Shown here in pieces: positions 34,088 through 41,967 of a DNA stretch of 64,000 nucleotides. The first letter of the stretch is position 1. The number at the start of each line of letters is the position of its first letter. The notes under the pieces are model-generated. The model searched no databases. It saw only the letters and a program-made list of their open reading frames with translations, and was not told where the DNA came from. The DNA is from a virus. Made by a program: the position numbers and the translations under genes. Location of the stretch: positions 1-64,000 of the IMG/VR virus record IMGVR_UViG_3300003154_000002. One strand, given 5' to 3'.

Positions 34088-34647
34088 TGGTTTGGATAGT
34101 AACCGCCCTTCTTATTATAATTGGCTATTGGTTTTATAGACAAGAAATTAAACCAAAAAGATCTGTAGGATTACCAGAAGACGAATCATATAACATTAAT
34201 CAAGAATCTGCTTTTAAGTACGAAATTAATTCATTGCGGGAAGATATAGGTAGTTTACAATTATTGTTAACCAGTAAAACTAAAGACTTAGAGGAAGCTA
34301 ATCGCAAATTACAAGAGGCAGAAGATAAGATTGGTAAACAAGAAGAAAGCAATCAAAGGGTATTAAGTCTAAAGAAGAGTTCTGAAATACGATTAGGTAA
34401 TGCGGCTGAACAATTAGCCCCATTCCTAGAAGGATTTAACCATGATCCTCGTTACTTACGGTTCTTAGGTAGTCCAATAGACTATATAGCTTTTGATAAA
34501 GAAGGTATCACTTTTATAGAGATTAAATCTGGGAATAGTCATTTAAGTCATAATCAAAAGAACATTAAACGACTAGTCAAAGAAGGGAAGATAAAATGGC
34601 AGGAATTCCGGGTAAGTGGCAAAGCGCAAATCAACCGCAAGAACTAA
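34087..34647 (+). CDS. membrane-anchored endonuclease related to archaeal Holliday junction resolvase (COG4741/PF10107-like)
   Basis: N-terminal TM (VWIVTALLIIIGYWF), a coiled coil, then GSPIDYIAFDKEGITFIEIKSGNSHLSHNQKNI, which matches the D...E-x-K core of that family as I recall it. Confidence 0.55.
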   Translation: MVWIVTALLIIIGYWFYRQEIKPKRSVGLPEDESYNINQESAFKYEINSLREDIGSLQLLLTSKTKDLEEANRKLQEAEDKIGKQEESNQRVLSLKKSSEIRLGNAAEQLAPFLEGFNHDPRYLRFLGSPIDYIAFDKEGITFIEIKSGNSHLSHNQKNIKRLVKEGKIKWQEFRVSGKAQINRKN

Positions 34648-35000
34648 AGAAGGTAGAAGACATTTACGATATTGTTGATAGTGCTTTTCAGGCTGGTGAG
34701 CTGTGGTGTGATGCAGCATCTATCCATCAGCGTTATAAAGAGGGGGAAAAGAACGCTTTCTCCAAGATTAGAAATGCTGTAAAGTCTAATCCTCTTCCGG
34801 CGGGTAAGAAAGCATGGACACAACAAGAGATAGACGATGCAGCCTACTCTCACGCTGATTGGGAAAAGTACCTAAACGAGTGGAATGAAGCTTATAAGAT
34901 GATGCTTAAAGCTAGAAATAATTATGATGCTTGGGTGAATAAGTTGGAAGCTGCTCGTTCAAAGATGGCTACGGATAGACTTTTACATAAGGTGATGTGA
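34596..35000 (+). CDS. hypothetical protein
   Basis: 134-aa ORF that overlaps the previous gene by 52 nt. Confidence 0.5.
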   Translation: MAGIPGKWQSANQPQELKKVEDIYDIVDSAFQAGELWCDAASIHQRYKEGEKNAFSKIRNAVKSNPLPAGKKAWTQQEIDDAAYSHADWEKYLNEWNEAYKMMLKARNNYDAWVNKLEAARSKMATDRLLHKVM

Positions 35001-35185
35001 TGAACTTTAAAATAACTATAGAAACAGAAGAGGGTCGCATAGCTACCAACGAAAGAAATATATCTATTGACATGTTTATGTTAAACAGCAAAGAAATAAT
35101 GGAAGCAAAATTAATTTCCGACGCAGCGGACGGAGCCATGCTTTGTATGAGAACTCTTTTAAAACCCCCTACAGAGGAAAAGTAA
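34997..35185 (+). CDS. hypothetical protein
   Basis: 62-aa ORF with an ATGA overlap. Confidence 0.45.
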   Translation: MMNFKITIETEEGRIATNERNISIDMFMLNSKEIMEAKLISDAADGAMLCMRTLLKPPTEEK

Positions 35186-35186
35186 T

Positions 35187-35477
35187 ATGTGGAAAATGGT
35201 TTGTAAACATGCTTTTTCAATAAATTTTAATATAAATGAGGCTTTTAATTCAGAAGCCGAAGAAATAGAAATGGTAGATCTCAGTAAAGTATATGAGCTA
35301 TACTCAAAATACGGCGTAGATGGAATATACGCTTTTGTCTCTTATAAGAGGGAACAAGAAATGACGCGAATATTTAATAGCGATGCTGTTCATTCTGATG
35401 CGTTACCGGAATTTAGAACAGATAATTATTATGCAGCTAAAGAACAACTCGAAAAAGAAGAATACAAAGTTTCATGA
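35187..35477 (+). CDS. hypothetical protein
   Basis: 96-aa co-directional ORF. Confidence 0.5.
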   Translation: MWKMVCKHAFSINFNINEAFNSEAEEIEMVDLSKVYELYSKYGVDGIYAFVSYKREQEMTRIFNSDAVHSDALPEFRTDNYYAAKEQLEKEEYKVS

Positions 35478-35510
35478 CTGAGTCTTACGAAAATTCAGAG
35501 GTATAATTTT

Positions 35511-35681
35511 ATGAATAATAAATTCCCCATGACTCTTGATTTAGAGAATTGTACTATTACGTTTGATTCATTATCTCAAATGCGAACTTACCTAGAAAAA
35601 CATTTGACTAAAGATTATGATGTTTATAATATATTTGAGTGGTTTCTTCGCTGCACAAATTATTACGACTTGGAGAAATAA
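35511..35681 (+). CDS. possible 56-aa protein (below cutoff)
   Basis: ATG after GAGGTATAATTTT. Its stop lies 1 nt before a GTG (35683) that has its own GGAG. Confidence 0.4.
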   Translation: MNNKFPMTLDLENCTITFDSLSQMRTYLEKHLTKDYDVYNIFEWFLRCTNYYDLEK

Positions 35682-35895
35682 AGTGGCTAAAGATTTTAAA
35701 AATAAAGTCAGGGAAGCAATAGCAAATTACATTAGTTCGGAAGGATGTGATTGTTGTCAAGGAGACGATCACGCTAAACACGAAGAAGATTTGGCAAAAT
35801 TATTAAACATACCAGAATATCCTGACGGATACGGATACGATTTCAGTCAATTTACAACTAAAGTTATTCGGACGAAGACAAGGAAAACTAAATGA
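35617..35895 (+). CDS. hypothetical protein (start uncertain: ATG 35617 or GTG 35683)
   Basis: No RBS precedes 35617. The 35683 GTG model fits the upstream small ORF. Contains a CDCCQGDDH motif. Confidence 0.45.
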   Translation: MMFIIYLSGFFAAQIITTWRNKVAKDFKNKVREAIANYISSEGCDCCQGDDHAKHEEDLAKLLNIPEYPDGYGYDFSQFTTKVIRTKTRKTK

Positions 35896-36848
35896 AAGAA
35901 CAGCTAAAAGAACTAAAGAAACTAGCTGAAGCTCAGTTTGGAAAAGGTAGTATCTTTTTATTGGGCGATGATGAAATACCACAACTAGAAGTGGTTCCTA
36001 CAGGAATAGTATCTTTGGACAAAGCGACTGGAATAGGAGGATTTCCTAGAGGTAGGATTATTGAAATATTAGGTCCAGAGTCGGGGGGAAAAAGCACAAC
36101 AGCTATGTATATTGCTGCTGCAGCCCAAAGAGGAGGGTTAAATGTAGCATATATTGATTCCGAACATTCTCTTGATTTGAATTTAGCCAAAACATTGGGC
36201 ATAAATGTAGAAGAACTACTAGTTAGCCAACCTACTTCTGGAGAAGAGGCGTTGGAAATAACAGAGTTTTTGGCTAGAACAGGAGAAGTGGGGGTCGTTG
36301 TAATAGATTCCGTTAGCGCCCTAACACCAAAAGCGGAGATCGAAGGAGAGATGGGCCAAAGTAATATTGGCCTTCAAGCCCGGCTTTTAAGTCAAGCATG
36401 CCGAAAATTAACTTCCGTATTGAGCAAAACAAATACGTTAGTTATATTCATTAATCAAATTCGGCATAAAATAGGAATAATGTTCGGTAACCCGGAAACA
36501 ACTAGTGGTGGTCTTGCTTTACGCTTTTATAGTTCCATGCGGGTAGAGGTACGTAGAGGAGAATCATTAAAAGAAGGCGACAAAATTATCGGCCATATGA
36601 TGAAGATTAAATTTGTAAAGAATAAATGTGCCTCACCTTTTTCTACTACAGAGTTGCCTCTTTATTATGGAGTTGGAATAAATTTAGCAGAAGATGTTTT
36701 TAACCTTGCATTAGAACAAAGTATAATTGCAAAATCAGGTTCGTGGTATTCTTATAAAGATATTAAAATAGGACAAGGATCAGAACAGGCAATAAAGTAT
36801 GTCGCAGAAAATAATTTAATAGAACAATTAAAAAAAGAATTACAATGA
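35892..36848 (+). CDS. recA: RecA recombinase
   Basis: FGKGSI, GRIIEILGPESGGKST (Walker A), VVVIDSVSAL (Walker B), IFINQIRHKIG, GGLALRFYSS. Collinear with bacterial RecA. Confidence 0.95.
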   Translation: MKEQLKELKKLAEAQFGKGSIFLLGDDEIPQLEVVPTGIVSLDKATGIGGFPRGRIIEILGPESGGKSTTAMYIAAAAQRGGLNVAYIDSEHSLDLNLAKTLGINVEELLVSQPTSGEEALEITEFLARTGEVGVVVIDSVSALTPKAEIEGEMGQSNIGLQARLLSQACRKLTSVLSKTNTLVIFINQIRHKIGIMFGNPETTSGGLALRFYSSMRVEVRRGESLKEGDKIIGHMMKIKFVKNKCASPFSTTELPLYYGVGINLAEDVFNLALEQSIIAKSGSWYSYKDIKIGQGSEQAIKYVAENNLIEQLKKELQ

Positions 36849-37477
36849 AAACCCCGCTCTTAAAACTTCCATATCCAACAAAAAATGGAAGAGAGTACAA
36901 CTTAACCGGATTAAAACTGGGTAAATTAACAATCATTAAAAAGATAAGAATGGGGAAATATAATCACTGGGAATGTAAATGTGAGTGCGGAAAAACTTGC
37001 TTTCCTATGACGGGAACTATTACTTGCGGCGATGCTCGTTCTTGTGGCTGCCAGAGAAAAGAGACACTGGCAAAAAAGCGACTCCCAAAAGGAGAGGTCG
37101 GTTTTAGATATGCATTATCTCTTTATAAAAGAAATGCTAGACTAAGAAATTTAGAATGGAACTTATCTAACGAAGAGGCAAAAACTTTGTTTCAGGGGGA
37201 TTGTTATTATTGTGGAGATAAAAATTCTAATCTTTTCGTACCGCCAAAAAGTTCAGGATATTCAGAAAGTGGCACAATCTATACACAATATTCCTATAAT
37301 GGAATAGATAGATTAAATTCTTCCATAGGATATACAATAAATAATTGTGTTAGTTGCTGCAGAACATGTAATTTTGGTAAACAGGATTTAAATTATTCAG
37401 ACTTTCTTCTTTGGATAAGAAAAGTGAACAATTTTACATTAAATAGGAGTTTAATAAATGTTTCAGAAGGGTCATAA
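36845..37477 (+). CDS. HNH endonuclease (paralog family B)
   Basis: CKCECG...SCGC, NLEWNLS, YNGIDRLNSSIGY...CCRTCNFGK. Confidence 0.8.
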   Translation: MKTPLLKLPYPTKNGREYNLTGLKLGKLTIIKKIRMGKYNHWECKCECGKTCFPMTGTITCGDARSCGCQRKETLAKKRLPKGEVGFRYALSLYKRNARLRNLEWNLSNEEAKTLFQGDCYYCGDKNSNLFVPPKSSGYSESGTIYTQYSYNGIDRLNSSIGYTINNCVSCCRTCNFGKQDLNYSDFLLWIRKVNNFTLNRSLINVSEGS

Positions 37478-37763
37478 ACCTGTTCGTAAAGCTACTCCTA
37501 AAATCGATTCTAAGGTCGAAAAACCCTCAAATACGCTTAATCCAGTAGAGGAACTAGTCAATAGGGTACCTAAGCTCTACCAAAATCAGTATAGACTGGC
37601 TTTAATAGGGAAAGCGTCCTATTCTAAAGCTATAAAGATGAAATGTTATGAGTGTTGTGGTTTCGAGGACGTAAGGGAAAGAGTGCCGGAATGTACTGTA
37701 TTTAGTTGCCCATTATGGAATTATAGGGGTGGAAAGAGGCGGAAAGACAATGTGTCAGTTTAA
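37458..37763 (+). CDS. phage Cys-cluster hypothetical protein
   Basis: AIKMKCYECCGFE...CTVFSCPLWNYRGG, a pattern I recall from many phage genomes. Confidence 0.6.
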   Translation: MFQKGHKPVRKATPKIDSKVEKPSNTLNPVEELVNRVPKLYQNQYRLALIGKASYSKAIKMKCYECCGFEDVRERVPECTVFSCPLWNYRGGKRRKDNVSV

Positions 37764-38082
37764 ACCAGGAGTTAAGTTAGAAAAACAGATAGCCGACAGG
37801 GATGAAGCTTATAAAGAGTTTGTACGCAGTCTTCCCTGTCTTATATGTGGTAAACCTAGCCGGGCACATCATATTGAGGTAAATGGAATAGGAATTAAGG
37901 GTTCTGATTATAGTTGTATTAATTTGTGCGACAACCATCATACAATAAAAGATGAATCTATTCACAAGTTAGGTACTGTAAATTTTGAAAGGTATCATAG
38001 ACTGAATTTACAGGAGCATCAAATTCAACTACTTAGACAGTACATTCGTCAAAAAACAAAGGAAGCCAATGAAACTAATTGA
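37729..38082 (+). CDS. putative His-Me finger nuclease (DUF968-like)
   Basis: LPCLICGKPSRAHHI...GIKGSDYSCINLCDNHH. Confidence 0.5.
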   Translation: MERGGKTMCQFKPGVKLEKQIADRDEAYKEFVRSLPCLICGKPSRAHHIEVNGIGIKGSDYSCINLCDNHHTIKDESIHKLGTVNFERYHRLNLQEHQIQLLRQYIRQKTKEANETN

Positions 38083-39097
38083 TATGGATAATTTTGTTAC
38101 TTTTGATGACGTATTAATTGAACCCCGTTTCTCTCTTATCGACAGCCGTAAGAGTGTGGATCTTTCAACAAAGTGCTTGCGATTAGACTTACCTGTTATT
38201 TCTGCCAATATGAGTACTGTTACTGAGAAGGCAATGGCTTGTACGATGTCCGATAACGGAGGATTAGGAATTTTACATAGATTCCTACCTATTGAGGATA
38301 ATGTAAAGGAATATTTATACGTGATAAATTCTTCAATAAATGCTAGACGATTAGGTGTCTCAATTGGTATTACTGACGGGGAAAAAGAAAGAGCAGACGC
38401 TCTAGTTAAGGCTGGGGCTAAAATAGTTTGTATCGACGTAGCTCACGGCGCACAAATAGGAGTGGTACAACAATATATTTGGCTAAGAGAGAAATACCCA
38501 GAACTAGATATTATTGTTGGTAATTTTGCTACTCGTAGATGTATCAGAGACTTTGCAGATTGTTTAAACCTAAAGAAGTATAAGTCTCCAATTTTTAAAG
38601 TAGGTATAGGCCCCGGTTCAGTTTGTACGACAAGAATTAAAACAGGCTGTGGAGTACCGCAATTATCCGCAATAGCTCAGTGTGCTACTACAGGATTTAT
38701 GATTATAGCTGACGGGGGAATGAGAACTCCAGGGGATATAGCTAAAGCATTAGCAGCAGGAGCAAGCGCAGTAATGATTGGTGGGATGTTAGCGGGGACC
38801 GACGAAGCTCCTGGTGAAATAGAAGAAAATGGCTCTTTCTATAGATACTATAAAGGATCAGCAGCAGACGGATATGGTAACGGTTGGAAGACGTCGGAGG
38901 GTGTAGGATTTAAGATACTACCTAAAGGACCAGCAAAACTAATCCTTAAAGATATCGAAGGCGGGTTACGAAGTGCTTTCACTTACGTAGGGGCGGAAAC
39001 ATTAGAAGAGTTCCAAAAGAAAGCGGAGTTTATTCAAATAACTCCTGCAACTCAAGCGGAGAATAGGGCTCACTATGAACAGAAAAGAGACAGATAA
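38069..39097 (+). CDS. guaC: GMP reductase / IMP dehydrogenase-family oxidoreductase lacking the CBS domain (GuaC-like)
   Basis: [37 protein letters not shown], catalytic loop [27 protein letters not shown]. At 342 aa there is no Bateman insert. Confidence 0.85.
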   Translation: MKLIDMDNFVTFDDVLIEPRFSLIDSRKSVDLSTKCLRLDLPVISANMSTVTEKAMACTMSDNGGLGILHRFLPIEDNVKEYLYVINSSINARRLGVSIGITDGEKERADALVKAGAKIVCIDVAHGAQIGVVQQYIWLREKYPELDIIVGNFATRRCIRDFADCLNLKKYKSPIFKVGIGPGSVCTTRIKTGCGVPQLSAIAQCATTGFMIIADGGMRTPGDIAKALAAGASAVMIGGMLAGTDEAPGEIEENGSFYRYYKGSAADGYGNGWKTSEGVGFKILPKGPAKLILKDIEGGLRSAFTYVGAETLEEFQKKAEFIQITPATQAENRAHYEQKRDR

Positions 39098-39248
39098 CTT
39101 TACGCATGAAATTTTTAACGATCCAAAAATATTTAAGAAAGATAGTTTTCGTACAGTACAAATTGATGATAAGTCTTCTGTAGTGTACGGAGTAAGGGAA
39201 GCAGACAACAAAGAAATCATTCACAAATTACTATTGAGGAAGAAATGA
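39075..39248 (+). CDS. possible 57-aa protein (below cutoff)
   Basis: ATG 39075 after GGAGAATAGGG. Its stop forms ATGA with the next gene. Explains the gap better than the antisense ORFs at 39002-39224. Confidence 0.35.
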   Translation: MNRKETDNFTHEIFNDPKIFKKDSFRTVQIDDKSSVVYGVREADNKEIIHKLLLRKK

Positions 39249-39454
39249 AAAAGAAACTACCTAGAGAATATTGGATAGCATTACCTCCAGCAGATTATGA
39301 AGGACCACCAGCAGCGTGGACTTTTAAGGAAACAGCAGAACGATGTTCGTTTCCTGTAAGAGATCAAACAGAGTTAAGTGGTGTTAGGTTATTTAAGCCC
39401 GTAGAAGTAGTACACGTCATTGAAAACCTAGCCGCAAAAACAAAAAAGAAATGA
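39245..39454 (+). CDS. hypothetical protein
   Basis: 69-aa co-directional ORF. Confidence 0.5.
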   Translation: MKKKLPREYWIALPPADYEGPPAAWTFKETAERCSFPVRDQTELSGVRLFKPVEVVHVIENLAAKTKKK

Positions 39455-39609
39455 AACATCATAACGGCTTTATAGGGATGTTGTGTACATACTGCCACTG
39501 TTTGTGGCATATGTTATTAATGCATTGTAAACCTCCTCATCAGGTTTGTAGTTATAAAGGGAACAACGGAAAAACACAATGGTACTGTTCTAATACTTTA
39601 GAGGAATAA
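39451..39609 (+). CDS. possible 52-aa Cys/His-rich peptide (below cutoff)
   Basis: ATGA overlap. Contains CTYCHCLWH...HC...C...C. Confidence 0.35.
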   Translation: MKHHNGFIGMLCTYCHCLWHMLLMHCKPPHQVCSYKGNNGKTQWYCSNTLEE

Positions 39610-39611
39610 AA

Positions 39612-39800
39612 ATGAAACAAAAGAAAGTATATACCTTAATCGTTGATTGTATCGCTAAGGGTTGTTATCTTGATCGTAAGAAAGCTTTAGCCGACAAGAA
39701 AATATGGGAAGCAAAAGAACGTAAGAAACATCTCAATTACGAAGAGTCTTATTTTAAAGATCTTGTTTGGGTGGATAACGGCGTAGTGCTTAGGGGGTAA
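39612..39800 (+). CDS. hypothetical protein
   Basis: 62-aa ORF. ATG follows GAGGAATAAAA. Confidence 0.5.
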   Translation: MKQKKVYTLIVDCIAKGCYLDRKKALADKKIWEAKERKKHLNYEESYFKDLVWVDNGVVLRG

Positions 39801-39803
39801 GCA

Positions 39804-40433
39804 TTGTCTATTAAGTACTATTTTACAGGTAAACCATGTAAAAACGGCCACATAGATAAAAGATATCTTAATACCGGTATTTGTTATGCTTGTAAAAGGG
39901 AACGTAACAAAAGAGATTACAACAAGCATACAAAACGAGCATTAGTTATATGTCATCGATCTTATTTAAATAACAGAGAAAGATGTTTAAAGGGATCTCA
40001 ATTATGGTCTGAAAACAATAGGCAAAAATCAAACGAGATAAAGAAAAATTATAAAATAAGACACAGAGACAAATATCTTGAGTCCGAAAGAAACAGAGAA
40101 AAAGAAAAGAGAAAAGATCCATTGTATAGAACTAATAAGGCTATCTCAAAACAAATATGGAATTTTATGAAGACAAAGAAAGCCAAGAGGCATTGGGAAA
40201 CAATCCTAGGTTATTCTTTCGAGGATCTTAAAAAGCACTTATCTTCAAATTTTAGTAAAGAAATGACATGGGATAATTATGGAACATTTTGGGAGATAGA
40301 TCACATTAAGCCAATATCGTGGTTTACTAAATCAGCAACAGATTCCAACATAAAGAAAATTTGGGCGATTAGTAACTTACAACCATTACCAATACATACA
40401 AATAGATCTAAATCAAACAGATATGAGGGATAG
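39804..40433 (+). CDS. HNH homing endonuclease (paralog family A)
   Basis: TTG start. YFTGKPCKNGHI...C.AC N-terminal module and WEIDHIKPIS...NLQPL. Confidence 0.8.
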   Translation: MSIKYYFTGKPCKNGHIDKRYLNTGICYACKRERNKRDYNKHTKRALVICHRSYLNNRERCLKGSQLWSENNRQKSNEIKKNYKIRHRDKYLESERNREKEKRKDPLYRTNKAISKQIWNFMKTKKAKRHWETILGYSFEDLKKHLSSNFSKEMTWDNYGTFWEIDHIKPISWFTKSATDSNIKKIWAISNLQPLPIHTNRSKSNRYEG

Positions 40434-40761
40434 TATGACATTAAACGAATATCAAGTTAAGGCCGCAACAACCGCGATTTACCCCAAAGATGTGGGGCTA
40501 GTATATACGGTATTAGGGTTGGCTTCTGAGGCAGGAGAAGTAGCAGGCAAACTAAAAAAGATTTACAGAGATTTTGATGGAATATTAACATCGGAACAAA
40601 AAATAGAATTAGCCAATGAAGCGATGGATTGCGTGTGGTACGCCTCTCAAATTCTTAAAGAGTTAGACATAACATTTGAAACAGCGGCACAAACAAACAT
40701 TGAAAAACTTATATCCAGACGAGAAAGAGGAGTTATAAAAGGAAATGGCGACAATCGCTAA
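40423..40761 (+). CDS. mazG: MazG-like nucleoside triphosphate pyrophosphohydrolase
   Basis: LNEYQ...GLASEAGEVAGKLKKIYRD...EAMDCVWY (EExxE...ExxD pattern). Confidence 0.8.
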   Translation: MRDSMTLNEYQVKAATTAIYPKDVGLVYTVLGLASEAGEVAGKLKKIYRDFDGILTSEQKIELANEAMDCVWYASQILKELDITFETAAQTNIEKLISRRERGVIKGNGDNR

Positions 40762-40930
40762 AGAATCAAATAAGACTCCACCGGGAGTAAAGAAGACTAA
40801 AGAGGGTTATCGTATTATCGTAGCCGGAAGAGAATTAAGTATTAAAGAAGCTATGAGATTTGCTAGTGACTTACTTATTGCTATATCTTGGATGAGCAAC
40901 AAAGAGGAGAAAAGAGATGTTCGTGAATAA
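40745..40930 (+). CDS. hypothetical protein
   Basis: 61-aa co-directional ORF. Confidence 0.45.
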   Translation: MATIAKESNKTPPGVKKTKEGYRIIVAGRELSIKEAMRFASDLLIAISWMSNKEEKRDVRE

Positions 40931-41162
40931 AGTAAACAAAATAAACTCTTTTAAAGAACTCTTAAACGAGATCGGTTGGAGTTGGGACTATCCAAGTCAT
41001 AACCTGTTGAGAGACAAGGAAGGTAACTTTATACTTAATAAGTTATACATAACTCCAACCACCGTATCTTACAAAGAAGATAATTGGGATTTATCCCCAG
41101 GAGTATTTGAAAATGTAGTAAAGTTCTATGAGTTTTTAGAAAGTATTAAAGATCCTGTTTAA
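40917..41162 (+). CDS. hypothetical protein (last gene of plus-strand arm)
   Basis: 81-aa ORF. Its 3' end overlaps the convergent endolysin gene by 17 nt. Confidence 0.5.
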   Translation: MFVNKVNKINSFKELLNEIGWSWDYPSHNLLRDKEGNFILNKLYITPTTVSYKEDNWDLSPGVFENVVKFYEFLESIKDPV

Positions 41163-41742
41163 ATTTATACAAATCAAACTTATCCCCCAAATCTACCTTT
41201 CGACCGGGTGGAATAGCAACAGCTTTATGATCTGTAATACTATCTTTGCCTATGTTGTACTTTGACATTAACCTTCTCACTAGCCAAAGTAGTGATTTAT
41301 ATTCTTCTTCAGTTAACGGGTCTTTGGTTGTATCCCCCGTTAACTCGATCCCAATAGAAAACGAATTAACCCCTCTCACACCATTATATTCTGATACACC
41401 AGCGTGCCAAGCCACATCTTCGTCTTTAACCAATTGATATATTTCACCCTGTCGCCCTATAATATAATGTGTACTAGCTTTAGCTTCAATATTACATAAC
41501 CAACTTAAAGCGCCTTCTATGCTATTGCTTCCTGTGTGATGAAGTACTATTAACGTTATTTGCCTATTCGGTTTAATAGTATACATTGAAGTAGGATGCC
41601 AAGTAATTATTCTTTGTTCATTGTTTTTTGTATCTGACATAGGAATATTATGTTTTATTATAATAGGTACCGTTCTTTTTTGCTCTCTTTTTGCAAATAT
41701 AGAAGTAAGAAAGCTGAACAAAGTTTGCAATAAACCTAACAT
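41146..41742 (-). CDS. N-acetylmuramoyl-L-alanine amidase endolysin (Amidase_2/PGRP fold) with hydrophobic N-terminus
   Basis: LIVLHHTGS, STHYIIGRQGEIYQLV, AWHAG and FSIGIELTG motifs. N-terminal MLGLLQTLFSFLTSIFA. Confidence 0.85.
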   Translation of the reverse strand: MLGLLQTLFSFLTSIFAKREQKRTVPIIIKHNIPMSDTKNNEQRIITWHPTSMYTIKPNRQITLIVLHHTGSNSIEGALSWLCNIEAKASTHYIIGRQGEIYQLVKDEDVAWHAGVSEYNGVRGVNSFSIGIELTGDTTKDPLTEEEYKSLLWLVRRLMSKYNIGKDSITDHKAVAIPPGRKVDLGDKFDLYKFKQDL

Positions 41743-41743
41743 A

Positions 41744-41965
41744 CTAGTTCCCCTTTATTTGAAGAAACGTATATAACAAAGCTATTCCTGCCGGAAAAGC
41801 CCCACCTATCATTCCCCATAATCCGACTTTTACTTTTATCATCGCTACGTCCATACGTACTCGATCTACCTTATTACTCAAATCACTGATATCTTCATCT
41901 AATCTTTTCAATTCAGATAAAACTAATTTCTGATATTCTGACCAACCGTTTTCTCCATGAGTCAT
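41744..41965 (-). CDS. holin-like small membrane protein
   Basis: 73 aa. Helical N-terminus and one C-terminal TM (VGLWGMIGGAFPAGIALLYTFL). Lies directly upstream of the endolysin. Confidence 0.5.
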   Translation of the reverse strand: MTHGENGWSEYQKLVLSELKRLDEDISDLSNKVDRVRMDVAMIKVKVGLWGMIGGAFPAGIALLYTFLQIKGN

Positions 41966-41967
41966 AA

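Noticed and set aside
1092-39929. Minus-strand ORFs of 60-118 aa scattered through the plus-strand arm (e.g. 1092-1304, 1357-1548, 2096-2311, 2321-2554, 2696-2950, 4701-4901, 4932-5186, 6983-7222, 7318-7614, 7679-7921, 12716-12928, 12925-13281, 14869-15090, 16035-16289, 17680-17937, 21106-21405, 21786-22118, 26079-26333, 28052-28348, 30499-30819, 31109-31457, 34969-35220, 35933-36202, 39002-39224, 39687-39929).
   Set aside because: All lie antisense to ORFs with strong motif support or consistent operon packing. Their translations are Phe/Leu/Ile/Ser-rich, as expected from reading AT-rich Lys/Glu-rich genes backwards. None has an RBS or coupling to a neighbour.
38069-40761. GuaC-like plus MazG as part of a 2-aminoadenine (PurZ/DatZ/MazZ) or deazaguanine DNA-modification pathway.
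   Set aside because: No PurZ-like adenylosuccinate synthetase, HD-type dATPase, DpdA or Que genes are recognisable in the window. MazG alone is common in phages.
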